Positions 38,302 through 46,855 of a stretch of DNA of 64,000 nucleotides are shown in pieces. This stretch comes from Desulfatiglandales bacterium. Lineage in GTDB: Bacteria > Desulfobacterota > DSM-4660 > Desulfatiglandales > HGW-15. The notes below the pieces were generated by a model. That model was not told the origin of the DNA. It saw nothing but the letters and a program-made list of their open reading frames with translations, and searched no databases. The stretch is from positions 1-64,000 of the forward strand of contig CAXXJJ010000001.1 of assembly GCA_963667015.2 (NCBI GenBank), written 5' to 3'. A program made the position numbers and the translations under genes. Positions within the stretch are counted from its first letter, which is position 1; each line of letters begins with the position of its first letter.

Positions 38302-39234
38302 TTATTCCTCAAACTTAATCCCCAGCTCAATGTCGGAATTCAGGCCTACATCTGCTGTCATACCGGCTCCTGCCTCAAACCCGGCCTGTATACCTCCGAC
38401 ATTCAGGGAAAGTTTTGCTCTTGAAGTAAGATTTGCTTTTATACCGGCCTCTGTCCGCAGGTTTGAAAACCGTGACTCTGTTTCTCCCAGTGAACCGGAA
38501 GAGTTTGCCCTTAAAGAACTCCGGGCTGACGCCATATTTCCTGATATTTGAGAGCCCACTACAACTGCATTCACTTCAGGAAGACGAAGGTTTTCTATTC
38601 CATTCGCCCTTGCAAGAGATCTTCCCGCATTTGAATCTCCGGCAAGCCTGGCGATATCTGTTAAATTATCATTCTGACCCAGTGAGCGTATCGGATCGTT
38701 TGATCCCAGTGCCTGGTTAAGATTCTGTTGGCCAGGTAGTCTGTTTCCGCTTCTTTCAGCAGGACTGAAACTTCTCTGCTGCTGTGACAGAGAAATGGTA
38801 ACTGCTGCCCTTAATGGAACGCCCTCCTGAGAAAAGAGTTCTACCCGTTCCCTGTAGGTATCTATATATCCTTCAAAGAGAATGGTTCCCCATCTGAATA
38901 TGACAATGGACGGCACTTTGACTGCATTGGCATTTCGCCTTCGCGGTGTCTGCTGAGCCGGGTCCATCATTCTGGCAATTTCATTTGTTTTTATTCTTAC
39001 ATCCGTTCCATCCAGGGTTGTGTCAAAAACAAGCTCCATGTTTAGCTTGGCAGTGGCTTCGTTAACCACCTGTGCGGGCAGATTGCGGTTTCCCTTTTGA
39101 ACGGTGTTGGTAAAAGTAATATCCAGCGTTTCAGGGTTAAAATGAACCTCTATTTCAGTGCGTTCGCTTTCAGGTATTTCTCTGCCGTCCTGATCGGTCT
39201 TTGCAATAAATACTGCTCGTGAAGGTTCAGGCAT
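38302..39234 (-). CDS. CIS tube-initiator / LysM-type protein (Afp7-like)
   Basis: VHFNPETL, LVFDT, VIFRWG..FEGYI, FSQEGVPLRA; LysM-like LTDIAR...LARANGIEN. Confidence 0.85.
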   Translation of the reverse strand: MPEPSRAVFIAKTDQDGREIPESERTEIEVHFNPETLDITFTNTVQKGNRNLPAQVVNEATAKLNMELVFDTTLDGTDVRIKTNEIARMMDPAQQTPRRRNANAVKVPSIVIFRWGTILFEGYIDTYRERVELFSQEGVPLRAAVTISLSQQQRSFSPAERSGNRLPGQQNLNQALGSNDPIRSLGQNDNLTDIARLAGDSNAGRSLARANGIENLRLPEVNAVVVGSQISGNMASARSSLRANSSGSLGETESRFSNLRTEAGIKANLTSRAKLSLNVGGIQAGFEAGAGMTADVGLNSDIELGIKFEE

Positions 39235-39287
39235 TTTCAGGTCCCTGTTTTACACATTTATTGTTGTAAGATACTTTTGAAGTATCC

Positions 39288-39779
39288 CTATAAAAGCTCA
39301 TGGGTTAACCCCTCATGGACAAAGTGAAGCTCTTCAATAGCGATCTGTGTAAATGTTGAGTTATAGTCTGCGGTTCTGAATTTTGTGGGGAGAGCATTTT
39401 TCATACGCCAGGCCATCACCGGAACCCGTCCCTTGTTTTTGTTGTAGGCGATCTGAATTATTTCAGCATCCAGGCGATAGGAGTAGGCACCCTCTGCAAC
39501 AAGGTGAAACCATTTCCACAGATCCCTGTTTTTACTGACTCCTCTTTTTAAAACCACAGTTGCGAAACTGGTTCTGCCGACACGCTGTATTCCACCGTAA
39601 TTCCGGCCGCCTTCTTTTATTGTTTTTGGTTCCATGGTGGCTTCAAGACCGGTACACTCGGAAAACGCACCGGCACAAAGGCTTCGTTCTTCGCCGGATG
39701 AGCTTTCCCTTGCAAGAGAAAAATTAACCTCAAAATTAAATACACCGAGGGGATAATCCAGTATTGATTCCTGTGGCAT
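39288..39779 (-). CDS. Tail tube protein (T4 gp19-like, Afp5-like)
   Basis: FNFEV, FSECTGLE, EGGRN, VVLKRG, LWKW, IAIEELHFVHEG. Confidence 0.92.
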   Translation of the reverse strand: MPQESILDYPLGVFNFEVNFSLARESSSGEERSLCAGAFSECTGLEATMEPKTIKEGGRNYGGIQRVGRTSFATVVLKRGVSKNRDLWKWFHLVAEGAYSYRLDAEIIQIAYNKNKGRVPVMAWRMKNALPTKFRTADYNSTFTQIAIEELHFVHEGLTHELL

Positions 39780-39807
39780 GAGTGTATATGTCCCTGTTCT
39801 GTATCTT

Positions 39808-41652
39808 CTATCCGGTTATGATTTTCCGGTTTTTATCTATCATCATGTTTACTGTTATGCGTTCAATAGGCAGTGCAGGCTGTAGACTGATATTGACAAT
39901 AAACCTGCCGTTATCAATATCCTGCCTTGTCATGGTTGAATGGCCGCACTCAACGGAAAAAGCATCTTTTGGGGATGCTCCTCCCAGACCTTTATTATTG
40001 TAAATTTTCATCAATAGCGCTGTCATGGTATCTGTAATTAATTTCCAGGTACGCTGACCGTTTGTTTCAAATACTGTGTTCAGCCCCAGTATCCTGGCTG
40101 ATTTGTGAATAAGAACCATTATCCGTCTGACCACGGCATACCTGTGGGAAATGCTGCGGGATGCCGTAACATCAGACTGCAAAAAAATGCCGGTAGGTTC
40201 AAAACCAAAAAATGAAACACGGTTATAAAATGAAGTTTCTGCAGAACCCCGGGGATTGTATGCATCAATTCTTTCTGGAAAAAGATCATAACACTGGTGA
40301 ACCTGCTGCTCTGCGATACTTCGGTACGCTCCCTTAAAAAGTGCGGAGCCGGCAAGAAGCCCTGCCAATGCACCTTCAGGCGGTTCAATGGATTCCGGTA
40401 ATCCGGCCGACATATCGGTTTTAAGCCATGGAAAGGCAAGCTGCAGTCTTCTGTAAAAGAGATCGTTTTCCGACCTGTCAGGAAAAAGGTCAGTAACAAC
40501 GAAATCTTCAAAGTTATTGCCTGCTGCTGTATCAGGTAAAGGCAGGGACGCAATCAGCTGGTAATCCGGAGCAGAAGTTTCTATAAAGCTGAGAGCAAGG
40601 TCAATAAATCTCTTCCATATACGGTATTCAGTGAATGAATTCCTGGGCGCCTTAAACTGCTCTGCGTAATACCATGGTTTATATGTCTCTTCTGTACTGC
40701 ACTGCACAAAGGTTTCCGGCTTTTCCTGCTCCGGTACTTCTTTCATTGGCGTTATATCTGCGGTAAAAAATTCAACAAGATCCGGAAGACAGAGATAAGC
40801 CGCATCCGATAAATCCGGCAAACAGGCAATGCCGTGTTTTTCTGAATTCGGGCTGTTGCCAGATATCGCTGGAAGGTAACAGTCCGAAAGAGATGTAATT
40901 TTCAGATTGACCTGATTTTCCGGAATAAAATCAGCAGAGTCGCCGTAAAAAAGCCTGTAAACCTGTATGGTGCGATCTCCTTCACCGGAATAGCAGGGAA
41001 GGGGATTTCCCGTTGAAACAACATAACACTTCTGACCGCCTTCCCGAAAAAAACTGCGCACCGCTGCTGCAAGATAATTATCCTGGAGTGAATCATCATC
41101 CTGCATGGTCTTAAAAAAACCCAGACTCTTATTCGGGTATACTGTAAGCTCTCCCGGTATCTGAAGGTTTGTCCGTTTAAGAACAATGTGAGATGAAACA
41201 GAGCCTTCAAGCAGCTTTGCTTCAATAAGGCCGTCACATGATAATCTGAAATGATCGTTCAGCTGATCCACTAAAGATGTACATGAAATGTTCCCGCCAG
41301 CGGTAGTGATCTCAAGATCATATTCCAGGCGGTCAACAATAAAATGCAAATGTGCATCTGCTGATGGTATTGAAAGATCAGCCGGTATACCTGTTCCATG
41401 TATCTGTGCCTGATGAGATAATCTTCCGGGATTGAAGATACTCTTAAAACTGTCCCATGATTCAACAGGCACCGGAAGATTTACGATATCATCATTAATT
41501 TGATACCCTGTCTCTTTCCACCATTGCTTAAGTGATTCGGGCAAAGATATCCCGCTGTTTTTAGAAACAAACCCGACAAAACATACAACATCCATTCTTG
41601 TCGGCTCTACTTCAGTAACAGGAGCCCTGTAATTAAATGTGATGCCGCGCAT
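39808..41652 (-). CDS. Tail sheath protein (divergent second copy)
   Basis: RMDVVCFVG, PVPVESWDSF, YLAAAVRSFFREGG, PPEGALAG, AFSVEC..TMTRQDIDNGR. Confidence 0.85.
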   Translation of the reverse strand: MRGITFNYRAPVTEVEPTRMDVVCFVGFVSKNSGISLPESLKQWWKETGYQINDDIVNLPVPVESWDSFKSIFNPGRLSHQAQIHGTGIPADLSIPSADAHLHFIVDRLEYDLEITTAGGNISCTSLVDQLNDHFRLSCDGLIEAKLLEGSVSSHIVLKRTNLQIPGELTVYPNKSLGFFKTMQDDDSLQDNYLAAAVRSFFREGGQKCYVVSTGNPLPCYSGEGDRTIQVYRLFYGDSADFIPENQVNLKITSLSDCYLPAISGNSPNSEKHGIACLPDLSDAAYLCLPDLVEFFTADITPMKEVPEQEKPETFVQCSTEETYKPWYYAEQFKAPRNSFTEYRIWKRFIDLALSFIETSAPDYQLIASLPLPDTAAGNNFEDFVVTDLFPDRSENDLFYRRLQLAFPWLKTDMSAGLPESIEPPEGALAGLLAGSALFKGAYRSIAEQQVHQCYDLFPERIDAYNPRGSAETSFYNRVSFFGFEPTGIFLQSDVTASRSISHRYAVVRRIMVLIHKSARILGLNTVFETNGQRTWKLITDTMTALLMKIYNNKGLGGASPKDAFSVECGHSTMTRQDIDNGRFIVNISLQPALPIERITVNMMIDKNRKIITG

Positions 41653-41657
41653 CAGGA

Positions 41658-42110
41658 TTAATCCTCGGAATATGATATTCCTTCGGCGGTCAGCACAAGT
41701 TCTTCCATGGCAACATCAGTTCCGCCTTTGGCGTTGAGGCTCGGACCTGTATACTTGTTCGGCGCTACGTTGTGTAAGGTCCATTTGCCGACCTGGTTTT
41801 CATGGGCTTCATCCTGCAGAACAATTGTTACGCTTTTCTTCTGGGCAACCCAGCCAAGCCTGCGAATATCATTGATCCATTCCCACCAGTCCTTTGAACT
41901 TATGATGCCGCGTTTTAAAGTGACGTCAGGGACCTTATTGATGTTCGGAATTTTCCGTACCTGATTTTCCTTGTCATTTCCATTCCTGTATTCAGCCATG
42001 GTTATTTCTACTCCCAGGCCGGTTACTTCGGAAAATCCTCCGGCATCCTGACCATCGAACTGAACCAGGAAGTTAAAAGCACTGTAAGGAGAAGTTCTAT
42101 TTTCTGGCAT
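41658..42110 (-). CDS. Tail tube protein (T4 gp19-like, Afp1-like)
   Basis: PYSAFNFLV, GFSEVTGL, EYRNG, VTLKRG, KYTGPSLNA, VAMEEL. Confidence 0.93.
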   Translation of the reverse strand: MPENRTSPYSAFNFLVQFDGQDAGGFSEVTGLGVEITMAEYRNGNDKENQVRKIPNINKVPDVTLKRGIISSKDWWEWINDIRRLGWVAQKKSVTIVLQDEAHENQVGKWTLHNVAPNKYTGPSLNAKGGTDVAMEELVLTAEGISYSED

Positions 42111-42160
42111 TGTGATTACTCCTTTTTAAAGTTATTCAATATTTAGGATATTTTTTTATG

Positions 42161-44260
42161 TTAATTTGTTTCTGCTGTTTTCTGGCCGATTCGGAATATG
42201 ACAAATTCCGCAGGTTTGATTGCCGCCACACCTATCTCACAGATCATTCTTCCATTATCTATGTCTGCCTGTGTCATGGTAGAACGGTCGCACCGGACAA
42301 AAAATGCTTCATTCGGTGTTGAACCGAGAAGAGCACCGTTTCGCCATTCATTGTACAGAAAGGCAGTAATTGTATCAGTAATGTTTGACCACAGGCGTGG
42401 GCCGTTTGGCTCAAATACCGCCCACTGGGTTGAGCGGTCAATGGAATGTTCGAGGTAAATAAAATACCTGCGGACATTTACATATTTCCATTCAGGGTCT
42501 GAACTTGCAGTGCGTGCTCCCCATACTCGGTTGCCTCTTCCAAAAAAGAAACGCAGACAGTTGATGCCTTCCGGGTTTAAAATTTCCTGCATTCTGTGAT
42601 TGATCTCACGTTCAAACCTTAGTGCTCCGCGAACTATTTCATTTGCCGGAGGTTTCCATACTCCACGGTTGATATCAGTACGTGCATATATGCCTGCAAC
42701 AAATCCTGATGGAGGAACAGCTATTTCTTTAGGTATTGTTTCATTTCCCTGGCGTGCAAGGGGGTTGGGTACGACAACCCAGGGGTAATAGAGGGCTGCA
42801 TAGGTAGTGTCTATACGGCCACGGGTTTCTCTTGCATCGGTTATTGTCTGGTCTTCTTCCGTATCAAGAACTGCAATGCGGTATTTCATTCTTTCCGCAT
42901 GGCTGATCAGTGCATCCTGGACACTTTCAAAATTTGATCCTGAAGTAAGCGCAGAATGTCCCGGAGCAGCAATGATTGAGATGTCGTCAATATCTTCCAG
43001 TAATTCAAGAGCATCACTATAGGATGCCCCGCCGGTTACTGTTGTTATGGGGGCAGGCTCTGCGCCATCATTTCCGCCTGTCATTGAAAAGCTGTTTTCA
43101 GGCTGAACGCTGAACATGGCGTTATACATCTGAAGGGTGGTAACTGTGCCTGTTATGTTGAAATAGAAAGGATTCTGCAGTGCATCAGATCTATTTGTCG
43201 GATTCTGAAGAAGGACCTGACCTATGTATTTTGGATGAGTTGAGCTGAAGCTCAGGTCATCATAAACGATCCTGCACCCGTCGCTGTCTATTGCCTCAAG
43301 GTTAAAGGATATAATCTCGGCATTGGTAACAGCGGTAGTATCCAGAACAGTGATTCCGTCAGCGCCGCCAACCCAGTTTGATCCCTGTTTTTCATAGAAC
43401 AGCAGTGTTGCCCCGTCCTGTCCTGCGGCTGCAGTTGTTGGCAGACCAAGGGCAATCCTGGTGCTGTTGTCACCGATCCGCAATGTTGCTGCAGCACCGG
43501 TATCAGTTGTTGAAAGGGTCAGCATCCCCGTTGAAGGGGGCAGCGAAGCAAACACAGGAATATCTGCATTTTCAAGCAATACATTTATTTCTGCAACGCT
43601 TACGGCATTGAGGTCATTAACATCGGCTGCAGCAAAAGTTATAGTTTCTGTGCCGCCTGCCAGGACCAGTTCAAGCTGATCACCTTCATTTACTGCAAAG
43701 GTAGGTTTTGCTCCGGCAATAACTGCAGGCTGTGCATTATCGCCGGCTGCGCTTGCAACACACAAAAAAGAGCCCTGGGGCGCAGAAGCCATCCTGCTTG
43801 AGGCTATCCTGCGTCTTTTCTGGTATATGCGGATTTCGCCGTTATATCCGCTGCCCGGTGAGCGAGATATAATACTCGCCTCATTCGCTCCGTTTGAATA
43901 GATAGAAACTGACGCAGTTCCATCAGAGGTAACATTGCCTCCGCCGTCTGTTCGGGTAATAAATGTACGGCCGATATAGAGGCGTTTTCCACCATTGTCA
44001 AAAAAAGCCCTTACCGCATGGGCCATGTAATTAATAAATCCAGGGATTGAATCTGTATTGGCGGAAAAAGACAGGTTTTGAAAACCTCCGTAAATCCGTT
44101 CGAATTCTCCAAAACTGGTTATGATTTCAGGCGTACCTGTAACAGGTCCTTTTCTTGCCGGTCCCACAAATGCACAGGTACTCGTACTTACGCCCTCTAT
44201 GGATTTAGGTCTGAAACTGACCTCCTCTACATATACACCCGGTGCTAGATATTCAGGCAT
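42161..44260 (-). CDS. Tail sheath protein (Afp2/3-like)
   Basis: MPEYLAPGVYVEE, YAALYYPW, PPSGFVAGIYARTD, VWGART, YVNVRR, WAVFEPN, KPAEFVIFRI. Confidence 0.95.
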   Translation of the reverse strand: MPEYLAPGVYVEEVSFRPKSIEGVSTSTCAFVGPARKGPVTGTPEIITSFGEFERIYGGFQNLSFSANTDSIPGFINYMAHAVRAFFDNGGKRLYIGRTFITRTDGGGNVTSDGTASVSIYSNGANEASIISRSPGSGYNGEIRIYQKRRRIASSRMASAPQGSFLCVASAAGDNAQPAVIAGAKPTFAVNEGDQLELVLAGGTETITFAAADVNDLNAVSVAEINVLLENADIPVFASLPPSTGMLTLSTTDTGAAATLRIGDNSTRIALGLPTTAAAGQDGATLLFYEKQGSNWVGGADGITVLDTTAVTNAEIISFNLEAIDSDGCRIVYDDLSFSSTHPKYIGQVLLQNPTNRSDALQNPFYFNITGTVTTLQMYNAMFSVQPENSFSMTGGNDGAEPAPITTVTGGASYSDALELLEDIDDISIIAAPGHSALTSGSNFESVQDALISHAERMKYRIAVLDTEEDQTITDARETRGRIDTTYAALYYPWVVVPNPLARQGNETIPKEIAVPPSGFVAGIYARTDINRGVWKPPANEIVRGALRFEREINHRMQEILNPEGINCLRFFFGRGNRVWGARTASSDPEWKYVNVRRYFIYLEHSIDRSTQWAVFEPNGPRLWSNITDTITAFLYNEWRNGALLGSTPNEAFFVRCDRSTMTQADIDNGRMICEIGVAAIKPAEFVIFRIGQKTAETN

Positions 44261-44287
44261 GTCTTGTCCTCCGTTTATTATTTATTC

Positions 44288-45145
44288 TTAAGTTAAATCT
44301 ATGAAAAGTTTAATTGATTGTGTATTTGCGGTTTTCAGTTCCAGGGAATACTCGTCTGTGTTTTCACCGCTTCCTTCAACCCTAAAAGACCTTCGCCACG
44401 TTTCATGATTTTCTTCCATAAGAGATGGATTGACCGGCCATGGCGTATCAGGAGTAACAATAACCTCCAGGGTTGCCTGGGTCTGAGTCTCTACAACCGA
44501 ACCGGTTGCAGTCCAGTCATCATCTTCGTGACCATGACCGTGGGGCAGTTCAGTACCCTGTGAAAATGTGGTTATCGGAATTCCGGGAATGATAACAGCT
44601 GCCTCTCCCCGTAAATCACTGATACCGCTCATTAATAGATCCCCTTCCGTGTTTTTTATTCTCATCATTGCACCCTGAACCGGAATTTGAGCCGTCATAT
44701 CTTCCATACTGTACAGTGATGCCCGTATAATACTCCAGTTGGGACTTAAATGTGCTGCAGGTGCAGGAAACACAGGTATGTCAAGAGGATTGAATACGCA
44801 GGATTCATCTTCAGGATTCAGGCTTCGGGGCAGATTTATGACAACTGATCTTTCGAGATATTCTCCCAGAGGATCTGTAACTGTAAATGTGAATTCAAGA
44901 TCTTCTGTGTCAGGGATATAGGGGTCAGCTGATGGTTCAGGAGAATTTTCAAATGCATCTGTATACGTTTTCAGACCTGTCCCGGAAGATATCACATGAA
45001 GAAAGGATCTGTTTGTAAAGAAGGTCAAATCGTCTGATTTTATACGGAAGGTCCGTTTGACCTGGTTTCCGGTTATCTGATCGATTATTCGCAATGCTCC
45101 GGGGTAGCGGTGACCGATCTTTTCTTTTGCTTTAATCTGTTTCAT
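44288..45145 (-). CDS. Uncharacterised beta-rich eCIS protein
   Basis: Open frame between the cap and sheath genes; start uncertain (45145/45172/45241). Confidence 0.6.
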   Translation of the reverse strand: MKQIKAKEKIGHRYPGALRIIDQITGNQVKRTFRIKSDDLTFFTNRSFLHVISSGTGLKTYTDAFENSPEPSADPYIPDTEDLEFTFTVTDPLGEYLERSVVINLPRSLNPEDESCVFNPLDIPVFPAPAAHLSPNWSIIRASLYSMEDMTAQIPVQGAMMRIKNTEGDLLMSGISDLRGEAAVIIPGIPITTFSQGTELPHGHGHEDDDWTATGSVVETQTQATLEVIVTPDTPWPVNPSLMEENHETWRRSFRVEGSGENTDEYSLELKTANTQSIKLFIDLT

Positions 45146-45725
45146 CAGGTGTAATAATTTCTCCGTAACCATATTGTGTTGCAACCACCGGTCTGCCGGC
45201 TTCGATCCTGTCCGGATCAATACGGACAACACGCGCAACATAGGGCAGTGATATCCTGTAGTTGGGTGTAATTACATCCCAGAGACGCATCAGGTCCTCG
45301 TTGCTCATTTCCATGGGAACAATATGTATGCGGTCGCCTGGGTCCCAGTCCCCTGAAGATGACAGATTTGATTTATCAAAAATCGGATGCTGATGAAGCT
45401 GCAGCATTGTCCATGCTGCAATTGTATGTTCAGCAAGGGCAGAATCGCCCCATATAACAAGCAGGTAATGGAGGGCAAGAGACAGTGGATTTTCTAAATC
45501 TTTTCCCCCACGTGAATATGGCATGTTTCGTGTAGCCGCATCATTTTCTACGCGGTACAGGTAGAGGGTTACGGCTGTTCCGAAGTCTTCGGTTTCTGAC
45601 AGTTCACCGCTTGAGACCAGCCTGAATTCACACGGGTATTCACTGCGTAAAGGTTCAGGGTAGGTGTTACGCAGAAAAGTGATCAATGAATCACCTACCG
45701 AATAAATACTGTAAACGCCAGCCAT
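45132..45725 (-). CDS. DUF4255 / Afp16-Pvc16-like cap (tail terminator) protein
   Basis: VTLYLYRVEND...RN, LALHYLL, LHQHP, LMRLW...YRISLPYVARVVRI. Confidence 0.88.
   Translation of the reverse strand: MAGVYSIYSVGDSLITFLRNTYPEPLRSEYPCEFRLVSSGELSETEDFGTAVTLYLYRVENDAATRNMPYSRGGKDLENPLSLALHYLLVIWGDSALAEHTIAAWTMLQLHQHPIFDKSNLSSSGDWDPGDRIHIVPMEMSNEDLMRLWDVITPNYRISLPYVARVVRIDPDRIEAGRPVVATQYGYGEIITPDETD
45132..45725 (-). other. First structural gene of the eCIS cluster spanning ~14.2-45.7 kb
   Basis: Cap, sheath, tube, spike, baseplate, ATPase and DUF4157 genes present; no capsid, terminase or TssJLM genes seen. Confidence 0.85.
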
Positions 45726-45911
45726 TGATTTTTCTCTTTATTTGATTTTATTGAGGACAATGATTTTTTATACTTGTAATTGATGTTTTGCATTGCACAA
45801 GATACAGCTCCGCTTCCTCACTTACAGCAGCCTTTGCATTAAAATACGGCAGGCTTCTGAAGGGAAAACTGATAATACTGAGGTTTTTGAAATATTTGAG
45901 CTGATTCTTAT

Positions 45912-46157
45912 CTATATGTTTATAGCGCCGTGTTTTTCTTCATACTGACCAATGGTCTTTTGAAGAAGCTCTAAAAAGGCTTTGATATCTTCAGGACTGG
46001 TTATGATCCTGGTGTGGATATGCTCTTTTTCTTCATCCATGAAAGACTGCTCAAAATCCAGCACAAATACGGATGATCGATAGCCTACATGAAAACGGTC
46101 AGCGAAGCGGCCCTCCAGTTCCAAGGCCGGTTGAGCATTAGAGTTGTTCTGTTCCAT
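45912..46157 (-). CDS. DUF3467-like small protein (copy 1)
   Basis: EGRFADRFHVG...FVLDFEQ...TRIITSPEDIKAFLELL. Confidence 0.75.
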   Translation of the reverse strand: MEQNNSNAQPALELEGRFADRFHVGYRSSVFVLDFEQSFMDEEKEHIHTRIITSPEDIKAFLELLQKTIGQYEEKHGAINI

Positions 46158-46703
46158 ATCCAGTCCTTTAGTTGTTTTCCTACAACCTCAGCAAAAGAGG
46201 TGCCATGGGAGGTCACAGAGATGGAATAGTTTATAAGTGTATGATATTGCGGTTGATATGCGGTACTTTTTATTTAGGAAGGCTGTTTTTAGCACTGAAG
46301 ATATAATGAAGCAAATGAACACATTTAACATTTTCAGGCGGGAAGATTTAAAAAATGAAGATTAATAAATATCTTCAGGAAAGGAATAAACCTAAATAAA
46401 ACAACCATTTTTATATTCCGGATGTTTTGTATATGAAGGGATTTAAAGTGTAACTCATTAAGTGTACAGTATGATATTACAATAACACATTATCTTTCAG
46501 GGCTTCTGCTTTCTACAACATTGTACTCGAATATTTTTCTGTAAAGCGTTGTCCTGCTCCAGTTCAGCTTTTCTGCAGCTTTGCTTTTATTCCAGCTTGT
46601 TTCAAGCAGGGCAGATACCAGGCGTCTCCGCTCATCCTGTGACACTTTCTCTGATATGTCCAGACGCTGCTTAAGTTGTTTCGGGAAGTCCATATAGGCA
46701 ACA
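45921..46703. repeat. Direct repeat copy 1 (DUF3467 gene, sigma54 promoter, regulator 3' end)
   Basis: Aligns to ~61764-62544; 46242-46625 is identical to 62083-62466. Confidence 0.92.
46190..46205 (-). promoter_or_regulatory. Sigma54 (-24/-12) promoter upstream of the eCIS operon
   Basis: TGGCACCTCTTTTGCT is an exact match to TGGCAC-N5-TTGCW. Confidence 0.85.
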
Positions 46704-46726
46704 TAGGCTTTACATTGAACTGACAT
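46490..46726 (-). pseudogene. 3' fragment (Fis-type HTH) of a sigma54 activator, paralogous to the end of 62331-63683
   Basis: MDFPKQLKQRLD...WNKSKAAEKLNWSRTTLYRKI...SPER nearly identical to the regulator C-terminus. Confidence 0.8.
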
Positions 46727-46855
46727 TATTTAATTTTTTTATACCTGAGTTTGATCATTAAACATAAGACATGCAGGAGTAGGGTATGTCACACCATGAA
46801 AAACAGCATTATGATCATATAATTTTATAAGGAATCGATTGTATAAATTTAAAAG

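Noticed and set aside
28779..45725. Prophage or T6SS interpretation of the tail genes
   Set aside because: No capsid, portal, terminase or integrase linked to them and no TssJLM/ClpV; DUF4255, the Afp15-like ATPase and DUF4157 indicate eCIS
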